From positions 1 to 29,437 of the forward strand of contig JAQGDQ010001687.1 in assembly GCA_030141605.1 (NCBI GenBank): a DNA stretch of 29,437 nucleotides. The letters are read 5' to 3'. A program made the translations under genes and the position numbers. The stretch is from Tubiluchus corallicola (Eukaryota > Animalia > Priapulida). Under the pieces are notes generated by a model. That model was not told the DNA's origin. It saw nothing but the letters and a program-made list of their open reading frames with translations, and ran no database searches. Positions 9,735 through 21,969 of this stretch are shown here, piece after piece (the stretch's first letter is position 1; every line of letters starts with the position of its first letter).

Positions 9735-10190
9735 CCCTTTGTAAAACGTTACGATCAAATTAAGAGTATTCTAAAGAGCTTTCAATTTATAACAGTGACC
9801 TAAAACTTTAATAACATTTGAAGCTTAACAGTGTGATAGACAATCCCAAATGTAACGAAGCGACTACAAAAGAAAATTTACAAATATTCATTATACGACA
9901 CTTAACGTGGCTGTTGAATATTAGCTGATATTGTTTCAGCGTTTAATTTTGAAACATGTATAAAAACCTCCCAGCCATAACTTAAAAACCTCTAAACCTG
10001 TAAACTTGTAACTTGCGCAACCGAAAGCCAACGTATCGCAAAACCATTTTGTGAATTTTGACTTTTACCGTACCATTTTGGTCAATACCATTTTGACTTC
10101 GCTTGCTTCTAATAATCTTGTAATCAAATCTTCGGAGCATTTTTTCTGCGTCTCCCAATATAATAACTAAATTATAGTAAAGAACGAGTC

Positions 10191-10310
10191 AGTAAGTAAG
10201 TAAGTAATTAAGTAAGTAAGTAAGTAAGCAAGCAAGCAAGCAAAGTAAGTAAGCAAGCAAGCAAGCAAGCAAAGTAAGTAAGCAAGCAAGCAAGCATAGT
10301 AAGTAAGTAC
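10191..10310. repeat. (AAGT)n/(AAGC)n compound microsatellite
   Basis: Direct reading. Confidence 0.95.
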
Positions 10311-11961
10311 TGATTATTAAAGGATAAACGCTGACACCCTCGCGTTGAAGACAGCTGCAAGCCAGTCAGTTTCAATTGGATCTCTGTCAAATCTGTGAAG
10401 CACTTTTTAATCTTATGCAGTGAGGGTATTTTTGCGGTAAGTACTAACTATAGATAGGTAATCTGTCACATAAAATCTGAATCTCGGAGACTTCGAAATT
10501 CTCATTCATGAATAATAAAAACCAACTAAAAACCATTAAAGAACAATGAGAAACAATTGATTTTACACTGACACAAGAGCCACCTGTACACTCTGTGATT
10601 GTTGAGACATGATAATGAAAACTAAAAAAACCGAATTGAGTATTCAATGCCATAAGATTGCAGTTATGGAGTACACGTGTTTCTGCTCGGTCATCTAGAC
10701 CTCTTTGATATCAAACTGCCTTAAAACTGTCAGCCTGGCTCGTAACGAAAAAACTAAATTAATCTGCGTATAGCTACTGCAGTAAGAAAAAATTATTGTT
10801 TAATGGAAAAATCAATCCTTGCAAAACATTCATTGTGTTTCAAAAACGTACATTTAAAAATATTGAAATTAACACATGATGTACACGAACGTTCGATGCT
10901 CACCCCCAGTATGTACGTACACAAAATGAAAGTTGTTATAACTAAGCCATGTAATGGCCTTCATCAATGTCTCTTATATCACGCAAAATGAACTTAAAGT
11001 CAAATGTCATTGTCGTCAATAGTTTAATCTGTTATAAATGGGGTGTTTACATGATTTCACCTCCATCTCATTTCTGCACTTACAAAACTGGCTTCCACAA
11101 AAGATAATTGAATGCAAACGCTGCCGACCATTTCTGTTAATCTCATTTTATGAAAGATTTGGCAACTTATATATAGATAACTTGTCAGACTTTATTGCCA
11201 GACATCCTAAAAGCAAGAAGAGCATATTCAAGGAACCAGGGGATTAAATTTGGTAATGAACAAATGCTACCATAACACTTCAGCTTTTTTTGGAGATGTA
11301 TGGTTGTTTCTTAAAGATTTTAATAATGTCAAATTTCCACGGTAATAAGCGGTATTGTTTGCTTTGAAAGCTTTCTACCAGATTAAAAATAAACTGGAAC
11401 TGAATTGAAAGCAAGTATCTGTCATTCTATGAGTGTAAGATTTACGGTTCACCCCCAAGCTGAGTGGTTTATTCTGTTTCCGGAATATCATCACATATCA
11501 ACCCGCAGAGTCGGAATGACAAAAACATATCAAATTCTAATATGGTTTTGCAACGTTTACCAATTTTTAAATAAATATTATAGAAATTTGTGTGCCAATA
11601 TTGTTAAAAAAGTTTACTGGGTTTTAGCTATAATTTTAAAATATTTCGTTAGGTCTATTTTTAGGCGCAATTAACTTAGTACAGGTGTTCTTCGGCTGAT
11701 GCACAGAAGGAAGCTGCGCGGTTGTAGTTAACTTTTCAGTTAGTTCACAAGAAGTAAAGGTTAATGCTAGAGAAGCAAAGTTGACTGGATGGATAAGAAG
11801 ATTTTGCTTATATGAGTGATTTTTGATATAATTGTTTAGATGCGTTTATGGGAGTTTGTGATATCATGTCGAGAATCGCAAACGGAAACTAATGGGAGTA
11901 ACTCGTTAACACTTTATTAAGAACAGTACAGAAGAACTGCTGGCCTACAGTAATTTTCAGA

Positions 11962-12024
11962 ATGGTTCAGCAATATGAGTCGCCTATACGGGTGTACAAA
12001 TACCCTTTTGAGCTTGTTATGGCG
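11962..12024 (+). CDS. SEC14L1: SEC14-like protein 1 / real-time, first coding exon (PRELI/MSF1 domain)
   Basis: ttttcag a ATG...GCG|gtaagt; [21 protein letters not shown] vs human [21 protein letters not shown]. Confidence 0.95.
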
Positions 12025-12650
12025 GTAAGTTACGGCAAAAGCGAACTTTCGATAATAATTAATGTTCGCCTGTTAAGTAAAGTTGCAAGCAAAGTGACTA
12101 TAGATAGATAATTATAATTATGACATATGAAATACTGCTTTATAATCTATAATACTATTTTCTATAACTAAGGCATTTACAAATTTGTATCTTTAAAGAT
12201 TTATTGAGTCAGACTACCTTTTCTCCAAACTTATGTGTTATAATCAGTAAATTTGCCATGAAATCCTGAACATCGTCATTATACACAAAATCAGTTGTGT
12301 TGCATTGTATCCAAAACCATATTAATCATTGTTCTTTGTTGCAGCAAATTTAAGTAATCATAACATTAGTGTTATTGCCTCAAGTGTGAAGTTGACGGTG
12401 ATGTCAAGCTGTCAAACACGTTCTTCTTTTCTTATTGCTTAATCTTTTAGTGGGATAATTTATAAAAGCAGTGGTTTCAGTGCTTATCACAATATCATTA
12501 AATAGTAGGCCTACACAGTAATTCTCTCCCCCTCAATGATTGCACAGGGTTGCGGGGACAAAAAGGCTATGGTACCATTCCTTAACGTAATACACAGAAA
12601 TTACATATATATGGTTACACGAAAGAGCACGCTTCTAGGAATCCCAAAGC

Positions 12651-13121
12651 GAGCTACTGAAGCCATTATTATACTGTAAATCAAGCCAAAAAGAAGAATA
12701 AATAATACATTAATGATACAAAGGCACAAACTGAAACTGCAAAACAACAGATTAAAATTTAACTTGTCAAAATGAACTGGGTTATAATGGGAGAAATTGC
12801 AGAAAAATGTTGTGAATTGTGCAAAATATAGATGTTGTGTTTTATTCTTATAATGCCTACTGCTGTGGTTCTTCGTTATGTAGACTTGGATTAATTGTTT
12901 CCTGTTGTCTTCTTTTTTGGTTCTCATGTGTTAGGTAAAAATTTTATACATTTCTCTGCAATTTCTTCCATTAAAGCCTAGTTTGTTTTGATAAGATAAA
13001 TTTTAATCTGTTGTTTTGTAGTTTTAGTTTTTATCTTTGTATCATTAATGCATTATTCTTTTTGGCTTAATTCATAGTTTGATAATGGCTTCGGTAGCCG
13101 AAACGATTGTCGCTCAATAAA
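12651..13121. mobile_element. Inverted repeat pair (~160-bp arms), probable Penelope-like element remnant
   Basis: 12651-12810 is the diverged reverse complement of about 12948-13099; right arm ends in a hammerhead-like core followed by AATAAA. Confidence 0.6.
13076..13114 (+). ncRNA. Minimal type I hammerhead ribozyme-like motif
   Basis: AGU UUGAUAA U GGCU-UCGGU-AGCC GAAAC-GAUU-GUC^GCU; U3-A8 replaces C3-G8; 3-bp stem I, 4-bp stem II, 2-bp stem III. Confidence 0.6.
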
Positions 13122-13378
13122 CATGCACATATGTATGTATGTTAATCCTTAATGCATGTGTATGTGGTATAGTTCTTTACTTCAGTTACTTTAGCGTATT
13201 TTAGACTAACTGTTATACTCTCGAGGATTTCGGTTAGTTTAGTCCTACTTATTTTAGAAAGTACATTTAATTCGGTTACTTTCTCGCCACTTTGTGATTT
13301 GTATATGTGAGTGCAGATATAACCTGCCTGTGTTAACCCTGTTTTGTGTTTATGCAGGGTGTGAATAATGCAATTTTG

Positions 13379-13713
13379 GCCCAGTGTCTATGTTTTTGTA
13401 ATAGTCTTTCAGTTGGTCATTTTGCACTTTGAAGTATATCAGTAATTGCTAAAGTTAATATTGGCGGGGTGTAAAAAGTACTCTCATCAGTGTCACATCC
13501 CCTCAAAATGCCAGAAAAGATCTTTTTTAAAACTATGCCTGCAAATAAAAGTTTATGATTCCAAGATTTGTAAAAACACTTAAATATTTATTTGTTTCCA
13601 CAAAAATAAGCTTGCGTAGAAGAAAAAGCTGTTTTAAACTGCTGTTAGATGCCTCTAAAACATCTTCGAATCCTGCTTATTGGGCCCTTGTGTAAAATAC
13701 CCCTTCCAGTCAA
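13379..13713 (+). repeat. ~340-bp dispersed repeat, copy 1 (copy 2 at 20933-21277)
   Basis: Highly similar direct copies gcccagtgtctatgtttt...aaaataccccttccagtcaa. Confidence 0.92.
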
Positions 13714-14655
13714 CCCTGTCACTTTGATTCTGATTTTGACTAATTAGAGTCTAATTAAATTCTTTATTTATAAAGCATGATTAATTGTCAGATTTTGTTT
13801 GTTAGTGGCTATGCTGTCAAAAGCTCACTGTAGGGGCTACATATACCGCATAGCTATATATATGTCATAATTGTATCCAAAGGCTCCATAAAAAGTGATA
13901 CAACAGAACTGTTGACAAGCAAAAGCAACCCCTATTGAATTTTGCATGTAAAAATATCGAAATACTAATCACCACTTGTTTTTATTCAAACTTATTTATG
14001 TCATATGGCTCATTTCACCTTTTTAAAATCGTTTGTTTACTGCGTGAGAGAATGCAAAGGTATAAATCTAGTATCAATTAACATGGAAGCATCCCCTACC
14101 CCTCCTCGTTGTAACCCAGGAATGCAGCCCTATGTGATTTGGCATTTAGATCTATGCTTCGTGGACAATCAGAGATTAATTGAAACTACATTGTAAACAG
14201 TATAGTTTTGTGTTTAAGCAGGGTGTGAATAATGGAATTTTGGCCCTTTCTAAGCAAAATTTGAAGGGGGCAAAAATATACATTGCCCCATCTTCCGAAT
14301 GGGGCATCTGCCTTGTTTCCCTTGCCCTGTTGTTTGCGCACACTGGATTTCACCCGTGTGGTTCTCCACTCTTGACCGGCATTGTTTCTTTATGCTTCGT
14401 GGGAGTCATAGGTCACAGAATATTTAATTGTGAATTATCAGGAAATATGCAATTTGTTTCAGTAGAAATTGGAGCTCATTTTTTTCATTAATTTATTCAG
14501 ATTAGATTGCACTTGTCATTTTTTCTTTGTACAGATGTATTAAATGTTTACTACATTTTTACACTTAATTTTTTTGTTATAAAAGGATAGTTTGGTGTAG
14601 AATGCTTTTCATACAATGTATGACGACGGATTACGTGAAGTAAAAATTGCCATAA

Positions 14656-14820
<165 letters not shown>

Positions 14821-14933
14821 TGAGCTACAACTTGCATTTATGTAAGAAAACACCATAAAATGAGGCAAGTGCACAAAGCTGGTTCATGTAGATTGTCTTT
14901 AAAAGCCGCAATGTTTCAGTGATAATCCCAGCA

Positions 14934-15151
14934 AGTGTGTATGCGTGTGCATGTGTGCGCGTGCATGCGTATGCTTGTGTGTGTGTGGGTGTGTGCGGGC
15001 AGGCAGGCATGTGTGCGCATGTATGCTTGCGTGTGTATGCGTGTGAATGTGTGTGTGCATGCATGCGTGCGCACGTATGCTAGTGTGTGTGTGTGTGTGC
15101 GTGCGTGCGGGCGGTCAGGCGTGTGTGTGCATGTGTGCGCATGCTTGTGTG
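14934..15151. repeat. Degenerate (TG)n / alternating purine-pyrimidine tract
   Basis: Direct reading; explains His/Thr/Cys/Val-rich ORFs. Confidence 0.93.
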
Positions 15152-15601
15152 GGATGTAATTAGTTATCTTGATACCAGGGATGTTATGGAAACTGAATTT
15201 ACAAAACGAAAAATAGGAAATCGATACCGAACCAAAACATTTTTGCAAAACTAACTACTATTAAATCAGAAAAAAGAAAATTTTAAAATACGTAAAATAT
15301 TTTGTTTTTTGTTTGTTTGCTTTTATTTGCTGTGATGCAAAATTACTGATAAAAATTCTAATATAAAAAGGACAAGGATGTTTTATAGTTAAGAACCACA
15401 AGTTTGGTGGAGTGACTTACCTTAGAAAATGTGTTATAATGTTTTTGCATTTAAGTATCCATAATGATTAATGTTTAAAATATTTGGGAAGGGGGGTCAC
15501 TGGGCATTGTAAGCCTTAAGACCTGTACAATGAATGAAGTTAAACATATATAACATTATCTATCTTATTTACTTTGTGAAAGTTGATTGGATCAAACAGC
15601 A

Positions 15602-15777
15602 GGAATCCAGTTAAAAAGTTACAGGTAAAAAAGTCACAGGAAAAAAGACGAAGCCCAACCCTAAACACTAACCCTAGACAAAGTTAATTGTGACTTTTTT
15701 CCTGTGTCATTTTAACCTAGCCAAAATTGTGATTTTTTTCTGTGACTATTTCCTGTAACTTCATTATCGGTCCCCCG
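15602..15777. mobile_element. Short foldback MITE-like element with central telomere-like CCCTAA units
   Basis: AAAAGTYACAGG motifs on the left mirrored by CCTGTRACT on the right; ACAGCA on both flanks (15596-15601, 15778-15783). Confidence 0.6.
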
Positions 15778-17880
15778 ACAGCACAGATAAAAAGTATTCC
15801 AGTTTACTGTCTCCACCTCCCGCCTAAACAAAACGACTGTATTCGCTGGTTGTTAATTAAGTTTTTTGGCGATTATTATAATATAATGTTTTGGTGATTA
15901 TTTTGTCAGAAATACCATCACTAGAGATATTATTATAGGTAATAAAATTTACCATAACTACACAATAAGTTATGCAATTGTGTTGCGCGAAAGAAAATTA
16001 ATACTGTCTTAAATGTAAATGGCAGCCATGGCTGCATATTTCCAAATTGATCTTCAAAGCTTTCAATCGTTATTTGTCAATGAGCAACAAATGCAAATTG
16101 AAATGTCTTAATTCATTCCTCTTGCTGCATTATCTATAGACCCTTGAGATATTTCAAAGTTTGGAATTTATGGTTGTGCAACTTCTCTGAAAGTAGACAT
16201 AAATTGAGCTGAATGTGTATCTTTCAGCTTCTTCCTGAAAGATTATCCCCACGTCTTCTGAAAAAGCTGTAAAGTGAAGATAACTTGATGATGCAAAGCC
16301 TGTCCAGTAAACTATTAAACATTACCTGTTTTTACAATGACTTTTTTTGCAAAAGTCCAAGCAAAACCGGACCCAATGTTAAACTGTAGGTCAAAACAAC
16401 TTATTCTTTAAAATATTGAAAGGAAAAATACTATTTTCTAACGAATGCCTTAAGTTTGAGAATTATTAGCACACTTACGCAATTTCGCATTCATGCCACT
16501 AGTTCTTCGCTGTTACATGCATTTTGCCATTCGCTAGTTAGACGGGCATTAGCGCCTGTATTTCGGAAATGCATTGCACAAAAACAGGTGCTCTACCTCG
16601 CAATTCAGATGTGTCAGTTTGTGACGAACTACACACGTTCGACAGTTCATACACGAGCACAGCGGTAAATTTGAAATTTGATTTTTTTCCTGAAACATGG
16701 CTGGTTTTAGTACAACACACTGAATGTCTTACTGTAGTACTGTACTTCAATTTTCGCTTTTGCAAATGCGTGCAACGCGCTCGTGGAATGTTTTTGATGT
16801 AGAAAATTATGTTAGTTTGTGATGTCATCGCTAGTTTGGCTCGCCCACCATTAATTAAGATTTTAATTTATTATTTACTTATCAGAAATGCTTTTGCTGT
16901 ATTAATTGTGTTAAAATGTATACTTTTTAGCATACTTGAAAATGGAGGTAGTATATGAAAAATCGTCGTCTTCCTTGCATTTTGCAAGTCGAATTCTTGA
17001 ACGAAAGCGCTCAGCTATGGCGAACAGTTTACGATATTATACAAGCAGTCACTCTTGTCACAATATGCTTTTCCAAGACTTTGTATCTTTTGTCATAATT
17101 ACTATTAATATTTACTCAATGTCGCAATTAAGCTGGGTAGATATGGTTATGCTCATAGCGCTGCAAAGCATTGTTAATTTGTAATTCTACAACTTGTATT
17201 TTGTTGTATTGCGCTAAATGGTTGAATACATAAATCTAAACCTATTCGTTTAAAAGACAAAAATATTAAAATTCTCAGTACATAAAATGTAACTGCATTA
17301 ATGAAGAAAGGGTTTTGAGTTTTCAGCACGCAAAGTGTAACTAATAAATTGGGGAGTCTGTTCAAGGAGATTATGTCAAAACTGCGTTAATTAACGAACA
17401 GCCAATCTTTAATTTTGCGCTTTATGGTTAACTGGGCAGTAACTAGTTGTTAGTGTAATTATCTACAGTCGTTCTATTTGCATTGTATCTGCCTTCAATG
17501 AACGCTTTCAAGGTTGTACGGTCTTTGGAGTATTTTTCTCTATTGTTAAGTAGGTTTTTACTGTGAGCAGAAAGTGTGCAAGACACTGTAGTCATTGTTA
17601 CGCCTGTCCAAACTGCCTCCGGGGGAATGTACACTGCTCTTCAATGGCCTGTTTATTTTTCAGCTGTTTGTGTTTGGTTCTCATTATGTTTAAGTAGGGA
17701 TTGGTACAGCAATTATTTTACCTCTTCGTGTAATTACTGAAACTGGTTTAACTGGAATGTATTTAAAATTTCAAACGATAGTAATTTTAAATCAGATTTG
17801 AAATTTTAGACATAGACATATTTGTTATCCACTTCAGTATGACAGAAAAATTACATTATAATAATTTCGCTATTATTCCA

Positions 17881-18072
17881 GAACATAGACATAGAATAGA
17901 CATAGACATTTTTATTTATCTCCTCATTTACACCTGTATACAAATTGGCTATTATTTTTATAGTTATTGATTAAAAAGGATAAATTAAGCATAAAGGAAA
18001 GAGTTGGGGGGGGGGTGCAGGAGAAAGGGCAGCGAAAGACCAATTGGTCATCATGTCGGCTACCCTTCTCAG
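17881..18072 (-). mobile_element. Possible non-LTR retrotransposon 3' end remnant with (ATGTCT)n tail
   Basis: Minus strand AGAAGGGTAGC...GCTGCCCTTTCT stem, then GAGATAAATAAA and ATGTCT repeats. Confidence 0.4.
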
Positions 18073-18532
18073 GTTAGTGTAAATTGTAAAAAATTGTAGT
18101 GCTGCTGTTAACATGAATTTATGGGGGGGATACATTAAACATGAAAGCGAAATAACTAAGTAAGCTATGCAACAAAGAAATAAAATGAAAAATATGAAAT
18201 GATGATTAACAAAATATGTAAAGCATTCAACTAACCGATTAAAACATAAAACAAAGTAGAAAAAAGTCAAACAAAATATAATGAAACAAAGATATGCAAC
18301 CGTGTCAAATTATGTTAAGCATAATTATGTACATTATAATTAGAGAAAAGAAAAACTTGCAAATAAATGACACGATTGTTCAGCTATCAGAAATAGATGC
18401 TGCATGGCAGTAATGAAGCTTATGAACCCGCCATTTAAAAAGGGGCAAACATTTGATAAGTTCTTAAAAGAGAAGGAATTTATAGAAAAATAAAGATTAA
18501 CAATGATAGCTAGATATTGTATTTAACATAAT

Positions 18533-18963
18533 GGTTGTTGTTGGTTGGCATCCTGTCACGGAAGACAATGGAATGTGCGCCAAGAGAATCAGCTATTGAT
18601 CACATTGATGGAGCTGCAGCATCGACTGTGGCTGAGCAGTCCGATCTTTGAACGTCTCCAGGGCGCACACCTGGGCAAGGTGTATGGAGATCCTGAGTTG
18701 CCCAGACAACAGGAACCCCCTCTCGTCCTCGCTGGTGTAGTCCAAAGGAAAGCGGAGCAATACGTTTGGCACCAGGTTGGCTGCAGGAGCTACCGGAGTC
18801 AGTGAGCATGCTGCACTGGTCCGCCTTCGGGGCTCCACTTTTGATTTGGAAGGTTTACTCCTCTACACATGCCCGTTGGGTCACTTGACCTCCTCCGCCC
18901 TCTTGCTGTTGGCTGCCTTTTGCAGCTCCTCCGCCTAGTGTCGAGATACAGTGTGGGCATCCC
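18533..18963 (-). mobile_element. Headless copy of the RTE-like SINE body at 3731-4160
   Basis: 13-bp TSD TATTTAACATAAT (18520-18532, 18964-18976); colinear with 3731-4160; starts GGGATGCCC, ends in CAA repeats. Confidence 0.92.
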
Positions 18964-19244
18964 TATTTAACATAATACCAGGTGATATTTCTAAGCAAGA
19001 AGACACATTGAAGATTTTAATTTTCTTTTTCTGCTATCCTGGGTTTTAACATTTATAGTGGATGAATTTTCATCATCACCCAGAGGGGAAGAAAGGAGAA
19101 TATTAAAGTACATCGAAAAAAAAATTCCACATAAAGTTATATTACTTAGCACTATGCTTACCTGCTTGAAAGACTGTTGACACAAGAAAAGAACGTTGTT
19201 TGTAGTGTAAAATTACTGATAAGATGTCACTGACCTCCCAGGAT

Positions 19245-19490
19245 CCATCACTGACTCATCAAAGACATGTTACTAAGTGTATTGGCAAGATACAGTAATT
19301 TATACTTTTGCGTAGTTAATGAAGTGTGTGCTACGAGTGCTCTGGTTATTTTTTCAAGACAATATTGTGTGAATTAGTTTCATACGACTTACCATAAAAA
19401 TGGCTGCACCTAACTGTCGTCGCAGGAGTTTAAATTATAAGTTTTATACAGCGTTACTGCCGACACAAGCCCTGTATGCAAAAGACAGCA
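19245..19490 (+). repeat. Old diverged dispersed repeat, copy 1 (copy 2 at about 21715-21969)
   Basis: Shared blocks gctacgartgctctgrttattttttcaa, aggagtttaaatt, cgttactgc, ctgtatgcaa, agacagcac in the same order. Confidence 0.8.
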
Positions 19491-19574
19491 CGTAAGTGGT
19501 ATAAAATTCCAAGGTGAAGCTTTATGTAAGTGGAGGATTTTCTTGTGCTTTAATTAGCAAGTTTCGCAAGTTGT

Positions 19575-19941
19575 CATTTGAACTACCTAAGTCTACATTC
19601 GAACTACCTAAGTCTACATTTGAACTACCTAAGTCTACATTTGAACTACCTAAGTCTACATTCGAACTACCTAAGTCTACATTTGAACTACCTAAGTCTA
19701 CATTTGAACTACCTAGGTCTACATTTGAACTACCTAAGTCTACATTTGAACTACCTAAGTCTACATTTGAACTACCTAAGTCTACATTTGAACTACCTAA
19801 GTCTACATTTGAACTACCTAAGTCTACATTTGAACTACCTAAGTCTACATTTGAACTACCTAGGTCTACATTTGAACTACCTAAGTCTACATTTGAATCT
19901 ACATTTGAGTTAACGTAGGTCTACATTTGACATGTGAAACC
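19575..19941 (-). repeat. 21-bp minisatellite (CATTTGAACTACCTAAGTCTA x15) attached to one TIR of the 2139-2775 MITE family
   Basis: Array ends in gttaacgtaggtctacatttgacatgtgaaacc|ta, the reverse complement of the MITE left end. Confidence 0.93.
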
Positions 19942-20932
19942 TATAGTTATTAATGTATGGAAGTTTTACTATCATAAACGTTACACACGTGTATAGGCCA
20001 AATAATTAGGTATTTAATCGCGATAAAAATATTATTTAAACTTCGAATTTTTTGCCAGAACGTTTCGATAAAATTTATAGAGTTTAGTGAGTCTCTTATT
20101 TGGATCTGCATATTTAGAAGCCTGATGCACAAGTGCTAGGATATCAACAGCAAAAGCAACTTTTTGTTCTGGTCGTTTTCAATCAGGCTTTTTGTGCAGT
20201 AACACAGTATGTACGTGATACTAAATTTTAAACAGTTTTTTTTAGCTTTGTCTAAGTAAAGGATTTCCTTGTGCTTTAAATGATGCAAGTTTTTTGTATA
20301 CGGGCCTAGACAGAAATGAAAATATGAATACAATAAAAATTTTATTTTTATACTTAGTTAACGTCTGATCTACACAAGGCCTCTTTTATCACAACTTTAA
20401 TGGAACTAGTCTCAGGACCTGTCATTATTGGTTCTTATAGAAACACAGTTTAGTCACAAAACTTGTTTTCTGGCTACCTTTTGTACTTTTACTCTGGATA
20501 TTATACGAAATATCTGCTAATGAATCCAATTTGTTCCTTCGGGCCTCTTATTTGTGGAATTCTCTATCAGACATTGTTTACTTGTTAATAGCAGTGCCAC
20601 ACGCATCAAGAAGAATGTTAACTAGTACCACGTATCACTAGCATAATAGTCTAGGATTGTATTCTTCGGAGCATTTTGATATCTTTCCCTGAGTGGTCGC
20701 TGGTCATCTTTGATTTGTGTAAAAAAGTTTTATTTAAAGGAAAGTACAAGTCACCAAGCATGCTGGGTTTATTTTACTGTTATCACTTTACATTTGGTGT
20801 CAGTATTTCATTATGACTCGTTGAAGTCATTAAATAAACTAATAGTGATGGGCCTTTTTTAACATAGTAACTGGGTGGGGTATACTCTTACAAACGTCCC
20901 TTATACCCCCTCCAGACCCTCCCCATTAGCCC

Positions 20933-21277
20933 GCCCAGTGTCTATGTTTTCGTAATAGTCTTTCAGTTGGTCATTTTGCACTTTGAAGTATATCAGTAAT
21001 TGCTAAAGTTAATATTGGAGGGGTATAAAAAGTGCTCTCATCAGTGTTATATGCCCTCAAAGTGCCACGCAATGCAGAAACGATCTTTTTTTAAAACTAT
21101 ACCTGCAAAGAAAAGTTTATGATTCCAAGATTTGTAAAAACACTTAAATATTTATTCGTTTCCACAAAAATAAGCTTGTGTAGAAGAAAAAGCTGCCTTA
21201 AACTGCTGTTAGATGCCTCTAAAACGCCTTCGAATCCTGCTTGTTGGGCCCTTGTGTAAAATACCCCTTCCAGTCAA
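20933..21277 (+). repeat. ~340-bp dispersed repeat, copy 2
   Basis: Direct match to 13379-13713. Confidence 0.92.
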
Positions 21278-21714
21278 GTCGTAATTTCTTAATGAGGGCA
21301 TCGCAGGATGGTGTTGATATATTTGCATCAGACGTCCGTATTTTGCTTGTAAACTTATGCTTGAGATTTTCCTTACGTTTGTTGCTATAGCAACAGATCT
21401 ATGTCATGCTTCCTGGCATTTCTTATGTATTACTCATGCCTCATATTCATAAATATTTTGTACTCCTACATGTGTGATTTAAGTCTGTATAATAACTATG
21501 TGGCAAGTCACAAGAGCATGAAACTGAGTAGGACTTATAGGGCAAGAAAAGGGAATTTTGAAGTACATCCCAGGGAATTTTCCGTACAAAGTTAAATGAT
21601 TTAACATTACTTACCTGTTTGAAAGACTTACGTAATTTGAAAGAAACTTCCTAATAATTTAAAATATTCGTGCCACGTGGTAAAACATTACTGTATCGTC
21701 TTTCCAGTGGTGCA

Positions 21715-21969
21715 TACCATTGATTCACCACAATAACACGTTATTGACATTAAAGGCAGTATAAGTAACTTAAACTTTTGCTTGGGTAACAAGGAGTGCG
21801 CTACGAATGCTCTGATTATTTTTTCAAACGTACAGAAAATCCTATGTAAACTTGTTTCAAATGAATTACTGTCAAAATAACTGCAGCTAACGGTCATTGT
21901 AGGAGTTTAAATTGTCGAGTTTATACATCGTTACTGCTAACGCAAGCTCTGTATGCAATGAGACAGCAC
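21715..21969 (+). repeat. Old diverged dispersed repeat, copy 2
   Basis: Colinear with 19245-19490. Confidence 0.8.

Noticed and set aside
10323-10442. Possible non-coding 5' exon of SEC14L1 (GCG|GTAAGT at 10437); TCAGTT initiator-like motif at 11736
   Set aside because: Isolated short motifs only; cannot be supported without transcript data.
14825-15248. His/Thr and Cys/Val-rich ORFs
   Set aside because: Translations of a TG-rich microsatellite.
18890-18963. HDV-like ribozyme at the start of the SINE body
   Set aside because: A G-initiated 7-bp stem exists, but its loop is 7 nt, too short to hold P2, P3 and L3; no nested double pseudoknot could be built.
19514-19918. FELPKST-repeat protein
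   Set aside because: Open frame results from a stop-free 21-bp minisatellite derived from a MITE.
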